A program made the position numbers and the translations under genes. Positions 24,501 through 37,089 of a DNA stretch of 64,000 nt are shown here, piece after piece. This DNA is from Daphnia carinata (lineage: Eukaryota): positions 124,001 through 188,000 of the forward strand of contig NC_081333.1 of NCBI RefSeq assembly GCF_022539665.2, given 5' to 3'. The notes under the pieces were generated by a model. That model saw only the letters and a program-made list of their open reading frames with translations, searched no databases and was not told the DNA's origin. Positions within the stretch are counted from its first letter, which is position 1, and each line of letters starts with the position of its first letter.

Positions 24501-26484
24501 TGACGTAAAGAAATAACTATCGAAATACAATGATAGACAATGATGATATATGAAATACTTTGCTTGTAGTTGGCGAGTTCCGCTGGTTTGTTTTTCAAAA
24601 TATTGGCTGGAGCAGTCGCGCTGTTCCCAAATGGATGTACGCCACGCGTCAGGAAATAGAAAAATAAACATCCCAATGAAAACGTGTCACTTTTAATTGT
24701 TCCATCTGGGAGATCGTCAGGCATGTTATTAGGGTCACCTAAAAACTTAAGCCCTTCAGGGGCCATCCACAGAAGAGTCCCTCTGATTTTACTCTGAGAA
24801 AAAATATCTTCTCGCGTTTTTTTAACAAAAGATAAGTCCGAGACTTTTATCTGGATGGGCGTAGTTATCGAAATGAGGATGTTATCCGGTTTGACGTCGC
24901 GATGGACCAAATTTCTCGAATGGATGTAATCCAATCCGATGGCGATTTGGTAGAGAACCAACTCATCGGGTGGCAGTGCTGGTCCGTTGTATTTGTTTTC
25001 GCAATAGTCTGCCAAAGTCCCGGCACACAATTCCAAAGCCAGTTGCCTGTCAGTTTTTAACAAGTTGTTTACTTAATAAAAATTTCGAAAAGAAATTAGA
25101 TTGCCATTTTACGTGAATGTGTTGTCGGCCGAATCAACGACGTCCAAGAGTTTCACGACGTTTACATGATCCAATTCTATGTGTGTACACATTTCTCTTT
25201 GAATAATTTCTTTTTGAGCCGTTGTCGTCTTAATTTGTTTGACTGCCACAAGATCGCCATTAAATTTCCCTTCGTACACGTCTCCAAAAGTCCCGTTGCC
25301 AAGTCGTTTACTGCTGTTGTTGACTTGGACTGCAAATTTAATCAAATGATTAATTAAAGTAGTAAAAATTATTAGTTAGTCCACATATGAAACGGCAATT
25401 CTTGACTTGCGTGAAAGTGCTGCATTAAATTTCTTATTTGCTATCTGCAACCAGCTGAATCCTCTTCGTGGAGGAATAATCATATTTTTTATGGGCTCGT
25501 AGGCAAAGGGATATTTGCTCAATACTAACAAAAAAAACCGTTTAGAGTAACAAATGCGGTGAATGTATGCAAACTTACCTTCTACATTGACTGGGTTCTT
25601 TTCCTTGAGGTTATTCAAGATTGATTCAGAATCATCACCAAAAAGGTGTTTTCCACGAGTGAGATAATAAAACAAAATGCATCCAGCGGCAATGACATCT
25701 TCAGTTGCGTCTTCGATTCCTTCCAGGGAGTCACTTTTCTCTGACAGTGTCCAATACTTTCTCTGACAGAGTTCCACTTCCCAATCATAGTCATCAATAT
25801 TTTTTTTTCCTTCCGACAGCTTTTTGCCGTAACTGAATTTGCTCAATCCAAAATCTGAAATTTTCATGCGCACAGGACGAGACTGGGCAGCAATAACGAC
25901 GTTTAATGGATTTAGATCGCCATGTACAATTCCTTCGGAATGCAGATGGCAAATCCCGTTCGTAATTTGACAAAGAACTTGCGATTCATTTGGCATCGCT
26001 CCCTCGTACTTGCCATTGCAAAATTCGTATAAAGTGGCACTGTACGGTTCCAGAGCAAAATACCTGGCCCACAAATAAAAATGAGATGCTTTAATTTCAC
26101 ACTACTAATTTCTTAGCTACCAATGTGAACATAATAAAAATTTAAAAACCTCCATCCACTGGCAACGTCCTCCTCATAACCGAAAACTCGAAGGATATTG
26201 TTGTGATTCAGGTCAACGAGTTTGTCGGCCACATCTTTCCACCCATCAAAACAGTTTTCATTTTTAATTCTTCTTATCGCAACTTCTTTTTTTAGACCAG
26301 GAGCCGTCGATTTCACATGTTGATATTCAGCACCATGATTCTCATTTTCCTTGTCCTTCCAATGTCCGTCAAACAAGAGGATACTCCCATTGAAAAACTG
26401 TTTTTTGCACTCCAGTTTTATCCCCTTAAACGGAAGATGCTCATCTAAGTTCAGTTGTTCGTCGGCTGCCATCCTTTTTCTCAT
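21536..26484 (-). CDS. Tandem kinase (pseudokinase + IRE1-like Ser/Thr kinase) fused to C-terminal WD40 repeats
   Basis: Spliced model: 26484-26150, 26063-25579, 25524-25411 (GC donor), 25329-25113, 25046-24559, ~24427-24304, 24240-~24020, ~23840-23688, ~23288-23019, ~22917-22765, ~22201-22032, ~21895-21776, 21661-21536. Kinase 1: VAIRRI, HGDLNPLN, DFG. Kinase 2: GNGTFGDV, VAVK, HRDVKPDN, DLS, GTLLWMAPE, DTFSLG. WD-like segments: LKWN-INGTQIAVGSVDYCLIVW, IAVSSLNGRIRIF, LEWNERTQYLANGG, FAFSSDGGFLAAGSLDKLIIW. Confidence 0.8.
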
Positions 26485-28818
26485 CCCATTGCTATCCTAT
26501 TACGCATCCCGTTGCTTGGTGATTAAGAACTAGGAAATCTACGAAAGAAAACATTTAGGATATGTTCATCACGTTCAAAATTATAATTATGAACAACTGG
26601 TTCCACAAACAAAAAATTGTTACAAGCATTATTAAACAAAAGATATTTTTTTCCGGCGAATTGCAAATTTTAAAGTATTATTATACATTAATCATAATAG
26701 CAAGGCGATGGTAGTTGCAATAGGGAATAAAACCAGGCAAATAACTATATCATTTTTTGAACATTTAACTGTTAAGTAACTTATCGTTATTTTTTTATCA
26801 ATTAGCGTGCCAGAAAATCTAAAAGTTTATTTATTTTTTACTAGCTGTGTGATAAAACAAAAAAAACGAAAATGTGCCATAACGAGAAGAATTGGAGCCG
26901 AACAAATTTTGGTGCACAAACAAGTGTTTATTGCTATGTATAAACTAATTAAGTAAAAACAGGAATATTTACTTGATTGTGTACAAATAGCGAACTCTCT
27001 GGTTCCTATGGCAGGTTTAGAATGCTGCCAAAATCCGTGCAGTGCATATGATTATCTTTTGCTAATGCGGAACGGCACAAACAAGTTTCGACATAACAAT
27101 TCAAGCAACGATCGAGAAATAATTCTATCGTCCGTTCTTTATAGCTTCAATTAATGAAGTCAAATCTTATCAGCTTTATCTCAATCCATTTGCGCAGTTC
27201 CCGTTCTACCCGTTTGATTCGAAAGTCCTCCTTCTAACTACACAACGTCCACTGCTAATGGGTTGGACTTTTTCTCTTGGCAAACACTGAAAATATTTAA
27301 AATTATCTAATAAAACAAACGGTAACCAGTCGTAGACTTGTATATAGGATGCAGTAACATACCAGCCTTGCGCCTAATATAACGCGATCGAAGATAAGGA
27401 GGTTTGTTCATAAGCCACGGACAGCAATTGTTATGATGACAACAAACAGTCTTAAATAGATTAGATTAGATACACGAAGCTAATGGGGCCCCAAAGCGAT
27501 TGTGCAACAATACGGGACTTTTGTTTAACCCGACACCTATTTGACCGTTGTCAAAACTTTTGTCACGACTTATTTACAGGGTAAACTGTAAAGAACAAAT
27601 CCTTTTGGGTAAACAAACCCTGCCCTTGGTGTAGATGCAAAAAAAGGTAAAGATAAATAATAATTGGCGCCCATTCTCATAACGGAATGGCGGAGTACGA
27701 AAACTTAATAAATGGGCTGATCTTACAGGGTAAACATTGAAGCAACGTGTGATAAAATTAAACGCCCCACCCGTCTTGTCTAAATGTAAAGACAACGAAA
27801 GATTGACAAGAATTACACACTGGCAAACAAATCCTATCCAATTTATTGCAGTCAAAGCAAAATGAAGAGATTTTACCAACTGTATCTGAAGCAAACGAGT
27901 CATGTCATGGCGTTCGGCTGCACGACACACATTGAAGGCCAACTATGTTCCACTAAAATAACGAAGACGTAGTAACTATCTAAGCTGAATCACTAGACTG
28001 ATGTTACTGACGAAAGGTACTGTCTGAAAAAAAATGTTCACAGCGGTTGGCTGGGATCCTACTTCGCCCAAAGCAATTTGTGCCAACGTTGACAAGAATA
28101 AAAGATAAAATAAAATCGTTTCGAATTTTGGACTAATTGATTTAAAATAACATGGTTATTGTAATTAGATGGTTCGAACATGTAATCGATGAAAAAACAG
28201 GCGATTGAAAGACATCATATTTTCCATTCGAAACTAATTCGAACGATGTCTCGATTAGTCTCTAAATCACCAATTGCCATCAGCTAAATCGATGTCTAGC
28301 AGACTGAATGCTGAAATCAGAATCCGACATTGTAATTGGCTAATAGGCTACTGTCCATATCCGTAATTTTGATGACTGTTTGAATGTCCTTACTGTTGAC
28401 TGCTGTCATAGCTTTTATATTGCTAATAGTAAAATGCGACCGATCTGAATCGATTAGAGGATCCAACGTATTGTGGGACACATCGAACGTACAATCATCA
28501 CAGCTGGACTAAGATGGTAGTTGATTAGGATCACGAGGTACTCAACCAAGTTCTATTTTCTAGCATTAGTAGAAAAAGCACACAAAAAACAGAGATTACA
28601 TTTCACCAGTTGATACCAAACTATGAATAATTGGATGAACGCGTAAAAAAATATGCGGAATGTTTTTTAAGTCCCTACATTACCTTGTTTTGCTCATACG
28701 TAACGCAAATTAAATCAAACCATGAAGACCTACGAAACAATGTATCTATATTTGCGTCACGAGAAGGTACAACAGTAAAAACTTTTTAGAAAAAAAAAAA
28801 GATTGCCTAAAATGTGAT

Positions 28819-29596
28819 TTAAATTCTGAGCGCAGTCGAAGGCAACAGCTTGACGTTTAATGGTGATCGGACAAGTGCGTCTTCAACTGAATCTTCCAGC
28901 GAAGCACGGTCCAATACACTATCCGTCGTTTGTTCTTCGGAAGAGTGGTCTGATGTCAAAAGCCTTGCTGCTGTTGTATCTTCTTCAGACGAACGATCAA
29001 CCGCTACTAAGCGAATATCTCTTTTAACTAACCTGTTGTCTTCCAAACTGATGTCGTCATGCTCATCTGAATGGCTGCCAACAGTTGCTGATTCCGTTGT
29101 ATCCTCTTCTGATGAGCGGTCACCTCTTGCCTGTAGGACGTCCCGTTTCACGATCCTTTTTTCGTCCGAATGCTCATCAGAACGGCTGTCAAAAAATGGG
29201 CCGTCCGTCGTGTCTTCTTCTGAAGAATCGATCCGTCCAAAAATTGTCTTGGCTATTTGATGGACATCTCGTTTCTTGAGAAAGCGGCTGTCTCGTTTAA
29301 CTATTTTATTTTCTTCCGAATTGAGATGGTCTTCGTCAGATTGAGCGATACTTGTTTCTGGTTGAATTCCAGTGCCTTCGTTGCTATCATCATTGTGTTC
29401 GAGAGAGTCTGTATCATGGGTCAGCGCAGGGGTATTCAAACGGTTATGGCTGAAAGAGTCAGCTCTCTGCAAATTAGTCAAGAGCGCTAATGCCCCGAAA
29501 ATCTAGAAGAAGAAAGAAAATCAACAATCAGAATAATTGAGTACATAAACAAAATTCAGTTGTACAAGTTACCAAGATAAAACCAAGACGACACAT
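28819..29596 (-). CDS. Secreted acidic Ser/Asp/Glu-rich precursor with repeated KR-D cleavage sites and SSEE motifs
   Basis: Exon 1 29596-29573 (MCRLGFIL), GT-AG intron, exon 2 29502-28819; ~235 aa. Hydrophobic signal peptide, 4x KR|D, 4x SSEE(D/Q)TT, one RGD. TATA box upstream. Confidence 0.85.
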
Positions 29597-29666
29597 GATA
29601 ATTTTTGACTGTAGTAGTCGCTTTAAAAATCGCTGAAAGAATAATCCTTGTCTTCAGACTGCCCTG

Positions 29667-29674
29667 TATTTATA
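29667..29674 (-). promoter_or_regulatory. TATA box of the SSEE precursor gene
   Basis: TATAAATA on the minus strand ~70 nt upstream of the ATG at 29596. Confidence 0.55.
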
Positions 29675-32360
29675 TGTCTCCTGTTACACGGGTCGCAAGA
29701 AACTTCAACAAAAAAATTCATCACCTTGAAATTTTTTATTAAAACTTAAGAGACACTGTGCTGGTTCTATGCTATACGATCTCAGTGGGGAGGAAGCTGG
29801 GCGAATCATCAAGCACGACCTTCATGCCCTCAATGTTAAAAACGAGTTTTGCAGATGCGAACGGCATTTCATTTCCCTTTCAGAATGAAGACCTGATTGA
29901 TTTGCCTCTTTCCTACTGCCTTGTTATGGAACAAGAGAAGGCCATTGTTTCAAATTTCAACGTGTAAACGAAGTAAGACCTTAGCGAAATAATTATCTAA
30001 TGACACCAAATCCTGGTTGCAATTACGAGCCTGGATTTAGTCATTTTTTTATGGCTGTTATTGTAATTGAGGGCAAATCATGATTCTACTGGAAAGAAAA
30101 GCACAGGGAATATGGTGGCCTTGGCACAAAAGCGGTATCATTAACAAAAAATTAATAAGTAAAATCATGCCAGGCGTGGTTGGTTCAAATTCAACAAAAA
30201 AACTAACCACGCAAATGCAGGGACGAAAAAAAAAATTATGTAACTATTCTATCAAGCTAGAAGGTTACATCACTTGCAAAAACAAATTAGGGCATTAGAA
30301 CCAACTTTCGTGACGCGGAAAAAGCCCTTATATGGTCATAGACAATCGAATAAAAGCTGCTGATGCTCAAGATAATCAAATGCAAAAACGCAATTGTTTG
30401 AAAAATGCAAAATAACCTTTAAAGACAAAAGGTAGGACATTCCCCATTAATCAATTAAACATTTCAATTATACCGCCCAAATAGTCCGCCTTCCTTTTTC
30501 GTTCGCTGAATTGCCATGGACTTTCACGTTTGTACGGCGAAAGCAAGAAATATACAAACATTCTTTTGGCTCAGATTTCACATTTGTACGTTCATGAAAT
30601 CCTTTTACTATTATCGAATAAATTATTCATCAAGCAACATCAAACGAAACTACGCATGGATTCGGAGAACTGACAATAATTAATGCAATCCAGACGAAGG
30701 ACGTAGTGACGAACGATCTCTTCATTGCAATCAAAACAAATCTACGAAATTCAGTGTTACGGCTTTAAACAAATGACAACAACGTTTTCGGCTTGGGTAT
30801 GGCTTGCTAATCTAGTTTTAATTAACGCATACAGTCAGCCATCTATAGCGTGTGTGAATTTTCTGAAAATGGGAATAGAACAGTCATACAGAAAGATTTC
30901 CTACATAACTAAACGAAACTGTTTGCTGTACAATCGATGAATCGAAAAGACAAAAACGGTAGTTTCCGATATCAAAATTCAAGATGAAATAAGAAACGTC
31001 AAAGTTATGCAACGGCATAAGTCATTTTTGCAAGACAAAACAAATGTAAATGTACGCATTAGCAATAGCCGCAGAAAAAAAATTATAGGTAACTTAAACA
31101 AGGCTTAGAGATCGGTTGTAATAGCAAAAAAAAACAAAACGGGAGCAAGAACTAGCTAAGGACAAAATAGACAAGCAAAACAACTAACAAGTTCTGCTAC
31201 TCAAGGTTCCACAGCCCATAAATCCTTGGATAAAGAACACATATCCTTGCAGCTATGATTTCAGGATTTACGTACTTGTTTCTAAGCATACGGGGGAAAT
31301 ATAGAAGATATGGAACTTACCCTTCTTGGGTCAACCAGCTCGCAGTGACTCGAACGAGATCAGTTACCGTCGAATTCCGGGCAATAATAATATCGTTTTG
31401 AGATTCAGTCAAGTCCAACTGCCAGAAACTTTTGCTGCAAAGCTCCGTAAAAAGAGCTATCTAAAAATGAAACCATTACATTACATTTAGCTAAGACAAT
31501 GAATTATATACGTACCTAAATATGTACATCCAGCATTATCAACGTCTCGGAGACATTTAAGGAGTCCTGATTTTTGTGTTTAGAAAATAATTACGCGATG
31601 GACAAACAGATTGCGATATGATCCAACTGCGTTTATACTGTATAAAAAAAGAAATTATTAGATTGATTGCCAATAAAAGAAAAACTATTTAACAAAGTTC
31701 CACGGTCATCAATGTATGGCCTCTTGCAGATCTCTTTCGATTTCCTATTTCTCCGTCCTAGTGTCCTCTATATCGATACATGCCCACCAAAAAGAAGGTT
31801 AAAAAAAAAAACAACTACCTGCGGATATCATATTTAAATTTTTCATTCGGTAGCTTGATTAAGGCTACGATTACAAATCCAACTTCCAAAGTTTGGCCTA
31901 CCTCTAGGGCATTACCATTGAATACATGCAATTCCAAATGCAGAAGCTGAAATATCGGGTTTCGACTACAACACTCGATTTTGCGATTTAAGTTTACACA
32001 TTTCTTAAATTGCACATCAAGAAATTCAATCGTAATATTGGTTAAATGACACCTGCTGTTCCGATGACTCCGTGATTAGTTGATCGTGCAAAATCAACGC
32101 CGATGGAAGTGGCTTTTAGGGTTTGGCAAACGCTATTATACTTTAGCATAAAATCGTCAAATTTTCTATTACTTCCCACACAACCATTGACGTTTACACG
32201 GGCAAAGAGACAAATAAGGTACGGAAAAATAAGCTTTAGTCAATTTCATTAACAATAAGAAAAATTCCTGACGTTAATTATGCAAATGAAATTTTTTTTT
32301 TCGTTTCATAGCAGAACATCCCACTTCAAAATTTTAATTCGGATTGAGAACGACATTACG

Positions 32361-34158
32361 ATGTGGCCAGTAATAATCGTAATATTACTGACAACAGTTA
32401 ATTCACAAAACGGAATTGAAAACGACGATGCGACAGCATTCGACACCGAGAAGTCTACTAAATGCATGTCGTATCGGTACATTCCATGCCACAAAAGTGT
32501 GAACAGAACCACTTTTCTCGAAGACGAACTAACAGGGGAAGTGCTTAAGCCACTCGCAAACGAAAGTGTTTCACTCTGCATTTCTTATCGATACATTACA
32601 TGTCGAAAAGATTGGCCGAGTTATACGGTCATTTTGGAAGACGAAGAAGAACGGCTTCGACGACAAAATGCAAATTATATCGAAAAGATCAAATCATGTG
32701 AAAACGAAAAGAGCAATTACACTAGCCAGGCGGAGGCAGCATTGAGCGGAACGTTAGCGCTAACCAATCAGCTGAAACTATGTGAAACTGCAAAAGAAGA
32801 ATTGGCGAAAAAACTGAATGCGAGCGAACAAAACCAGCAATTTTTAACAAGAAAATTAAACGAAGCAAGGACAAAGAATCTAACGACCGAGTCGGATCCA
32901 CTAAGTAAAATCATTAATAATGAACGAAAGCTTTTGTACAGTTATATCGCTCCTTCGTTACTGAACAAACCGTATCCGGGAGTGGAACGATTTACTCGTT
33001 ACGAAGTTGCTAGAACAGGGACGTTGCCGTTGATGAACGTAGAACGTCTCATGCCGGAACTGGGACAAGTTATCAACGATGTTACTTCTTTCTACTATCC
33101 ACTGACAATCCCTCCGTGCGCCGATGTCGAACCCAACACGCGTAGCGTTTTCATCGCAGTAAATTCGTTAGCTGATTACGTCAAGGAACGAAACGAAATT
33201 CGCCAGACGTGGCCGCAAAATTTAAAAGTTGTACAGGATATGGGATTGCTTGGCATGATACGCTACGGTTTCTTTGTAGGATTACCAGAAAGCAACACGA
33301 CACAAGCACAAATCGAAAAAGAAAATGAAATGTATGGAGATATGATTCAAGTTGACGTATCGGACTCCTACATCGATCCTATGAAAATGGCGGGTTTACT
33401 CAATTGGTTGAATAATAATTGCGCCAATGTCGACTTTGTGTTCAAGATGAATGACTACATGTTTCTCGACGTGCGAAACCTGGCTCAGTTTGTTCGATTC
33501 TATTACAAATCCGTGAAAACTTTGTTTGGTGATCAGTCTCCACTAGCTCAACCTCTAAGAAGTATTTCTTTTTGTTTACTTTGTTTGCAATTAAGAAATT
33601 CCTTAACCAAAAACTCAATTTCCATCACGAGGCGGAAGATGGGCACAGCCGGTGACTGAATGGCCATGGAGTACTTATCCACGTCACGTGTTTAGGCACG
33701 CATTTTTCATGCATGGAACTTCGATCCTACCCTTATTGGCTGCCTTTCAAACGACTCCAACAATACCATTATACTACGTATATGTTACGGGAATGTGCAC
33801 AGAAAAGGGAGGGGTAACGACAAGATTTTCTTCCGGTAACTTTAGGTAAGACCTTTCCGCATTACTAACACATTCTAAAGTTCAATAAAATTTGTTCGGT
33901 AATGCAAATATTTAATATTCCAGTATGCCTTTGTCAGGATTGGCATTTCAACTTGGAACCGCTCCCACCTGTAAGCAAACTCAACAAATTGCCTGGGCTA
34001 CACATAACAGTACAGATGTACATGCCGATAAAATGAAGACGCACCATGAAGTTGAAGAATACTACAAGAATTTCTATCAATGCAACATCGTTTCCAACGG
34101 AACCCTACGCAAAGTCGACCCCAAAGATCCCGTCAAATTCTTTTTTGAGAGTCAATAA
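32361..34158 (+). CDS. GT31 beta-1,3-galactosyltransferase-like protein, probably catalytically impaired, with signal peptide, Cys repeats and coiled coil
   Basis: Exons 32361-33561, 33632-33845, 33924-34158. GT31 motifs VFIAVNS, RNEIRQTW, YGDMIQVDVSDSY, FVFKMNDYMFLD, EWPWSTYP, YVTGMC. N-terminal hydrophobic MWPVIIVILLTTVNS. Confidence 0.85.
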
Positions 34159-37089
34159 CCACTTAACAGCTACATGCCTATGTCTTTCGTTAACAAGTTA
34201 AATTTCTCAATATAATTATCAACGTTTAGCAGCATGAACGAAAATTTTTTCTATTTGAAATGTGAATTCGGAATCACTATCAAAGAAAAACAAAACACGT
34301 GAATAAATTGAGGAAAAATTATACTTGGAAATTCTTTGCGTCGTCAGGTTGTTGGAAATGCAGAAAAGTATTGAAGCTCGATGATGGAGTTAGCACACAT
34401 GGGATTGGAATTCCTGCCATTAAATTGAAGATCACCTGGAAATAAAAAAAAATTACTAATCACTTGAGCCACAATAGTACAGAAATCAGAAATGAATTTG
34501 ACAATGAAACACTCGAGATCAATTTAGTACAGCAGGGAAATTATAGTAACGACACGTGAAAGGGCCACAGGTATGACCCCAGGTATGACCCCCTTTCCGA
34601 TATAACAGTTTAACTAAACAAAACAATGAGTCGTCTCCATACATTTCAAAATAAGTAATCTAAAACGGTTGAGTTTTTACAGGCGATTCGAGATGATGGT
34701 AATTACACACAGTGACCTCTGTTCGCTCCACGAAATTGAAACTAATATGATCTAGGCCAGAAAAGGCAATTTTAACAAAACCAGACTGCAGGATTCTTAT
34801 ACTCTTGTCACAGAACGAGCTTTTTTCACAGACATAAGAGGAGCGACGATGAATCGATGATAAAATCGAAAGATATGGCGGCAACTGATAGAAGCATTAA
34901 ATCAAAATTAGCTTCATTTGCTACCAAATGACAATCCCTTTATCTTGATTAATAGCTATTAGACATTACACGATGAAAAACATGACGCCTTAGTACAAAT
35001 TCGAATGAATTACCAAAAAGAAAGATGAAATATGGAACAACGCCATGCCAGCTGGCGATTTTCCTAAACCAGTGGAATAAAAACGACTAACGCACGGCCA
35101 CAAAGACAAAATGTTTCTAAAGTACTTATCAAAGAATCTCTGCCCCATCCCTCGCAAACGAAAGGAGAAGCAACAACTAATCCTGCGGAATAAATGAAGA
35201 TCCCTAAACACACATTGATCTATGCAAAAACAAAAGTAAATCTACTCCTTCAACTATCACTCGCAGCTGCAGCACTCAAAATCAAGATAATTAATCAAAT
35301 TTTAAAAAACTATATCATTATTACACACACTATAGCACCATTAACAACAATTATACTTAAATATTTGTTACATTGGTCGAAGATGTATAACAAACAAAAG
35401 ACAACTGAAAATGTAAGAAAAAAAATTCTATAGACGTTGTTTTCCTGTAAATGAGCAATTTAATTCTAAGAAACATACTAAATAATGCTCTTCTTTTATT
35501 TCGAAATGCAATAGAATAATGATGGGATATGTATGCATTATAGACCAAAATGCATTGTAAGACAAACGTAAAGTAGAATTGTCTTCCATTTCCTAATCAC
35601 TCTCTGGTTTATTTTGAACTAACATAAATGTCCCTCAATTACCTTGTACAATTTTTGCAGAACAATGTAAAAAAAAATATAAAACTTTTTTGCTTACGGT
35701 GGCCTTGGTTAGTTGCTAAATACGGCGGCTATCCGAAACTTTTTCTGTCAGTTAACATTCCGTTGGTGAAAGAGGAGGACAAACAATTTCCACTCGATGA
35801 ATAACAGATGGTAAATCCTAAACAGTTCTTCTGCATTCTTGCTCTAGAATTGATCAAATAGAATAGGTAACATGTAAAATTTTTGACTTAATCAACTACC
35901 ACTTGTTATGATGTTGTAAGGAACGACCAGTCGGCACCGTTTTCCCCACATCGACCTTGGTTCCCACGAAGGGCTTTAACCTCCGAGAACCGGCCGTACC
36001 CTTCTTCACACCTTGGTGTTAAATTTACACAGCAAAATTCCCTACCTTTCCCAAAGTGTTAAACAATTTGACCTTCCATTTTCCTAAAAAATTTTCCCCT
36101 GGAAAACTTTTAGAATCAGCCAGTTTGGTGAGTCGGAGTGAATCAATACTTTGTATTAAGTGTGTGTGTTGAATAAAAAACTTTGTTACTCTTATATTTG
36201 TGTTGTGTATTCCGCCGCCAGTCGCCGCTTCTGCCATGCGCCCACTGTAAGTAAAATACTCCTATCTCTTTATTTTGTATTGCTGGTTCTACACAGTTTG
36301 TGGCCAAGCTTTACATTGGTGACAGTGAATTTCGAACACGAAGCCTCCGCGGTAGACATTTTTTTCCCTCCCACTTTCTACTTTGACGCATTAGACAGCG
36401 CCATCTATTGAGTTTTTCGGACACCATTTTTTATGAACAACAAAACGCCGCCAAATAGCTAAAAAGTAGATGAATAATTTAACGAAAGTATTTCGAAGTG
36501 CCGGAAAAATAGTTACTGGACTCGCATCTAAATGAAACCTGAAAGCCCAAGGGCCCAAAAGTGAAATTATTTATTCCCCAAACCTCAACTCACAAAACAC
36601 TCAAGAAAACGACTCACTAAACTGACTGAGACCACCGCCATCTTCCCCTGACGCCGCAGCATCTTCAATTCCCCGGAAACCATGGATCCTCTGTAAGAAA
36701 TCATTTACTCCACCCTTCTTAACTTTCTAACCGTCGATCACTTCATATCCGGGCAATCGACGTGACTGGCGGACGGATCCTAACCCATTTAACTATGTAC
36801 CACGCACCAAGTCTATACCAGAATACTAGATTAAGAAATTAACCTGACCGTTGTCAGTATTGTGTGTGTGTTGTAATCCCCCAGTCGCGTCAGACGTACT
36901 GGGTCCCGATTATTGCATGATAAAGAGGATATTGTCACACTGGACTTAACTTTTCAATAATTTGTATTTGAACTTTAAGGGGAACATACAATACAAAGCA
37001 AAAATAAAGAATGGCAGTTGATAAGCTGTTATCAATAAACACAAACTACAACACTACGACTTATAAAAATTCAGTTGCTGCCTTCCATC

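Noticed and set aside
28850..29260. 136-aa Ser-rich plus-strand ORF
   Set aside because: Antisense shadow of the SSEE precursor, which has the signal peptide, intron and TATA box.
31200..32020. Minus-strand exon-like fragments upstream of the GT31 gene (similar ones at 34330-34890)
   Set aside because: No continuous frame or recognisable domain could be assembled.
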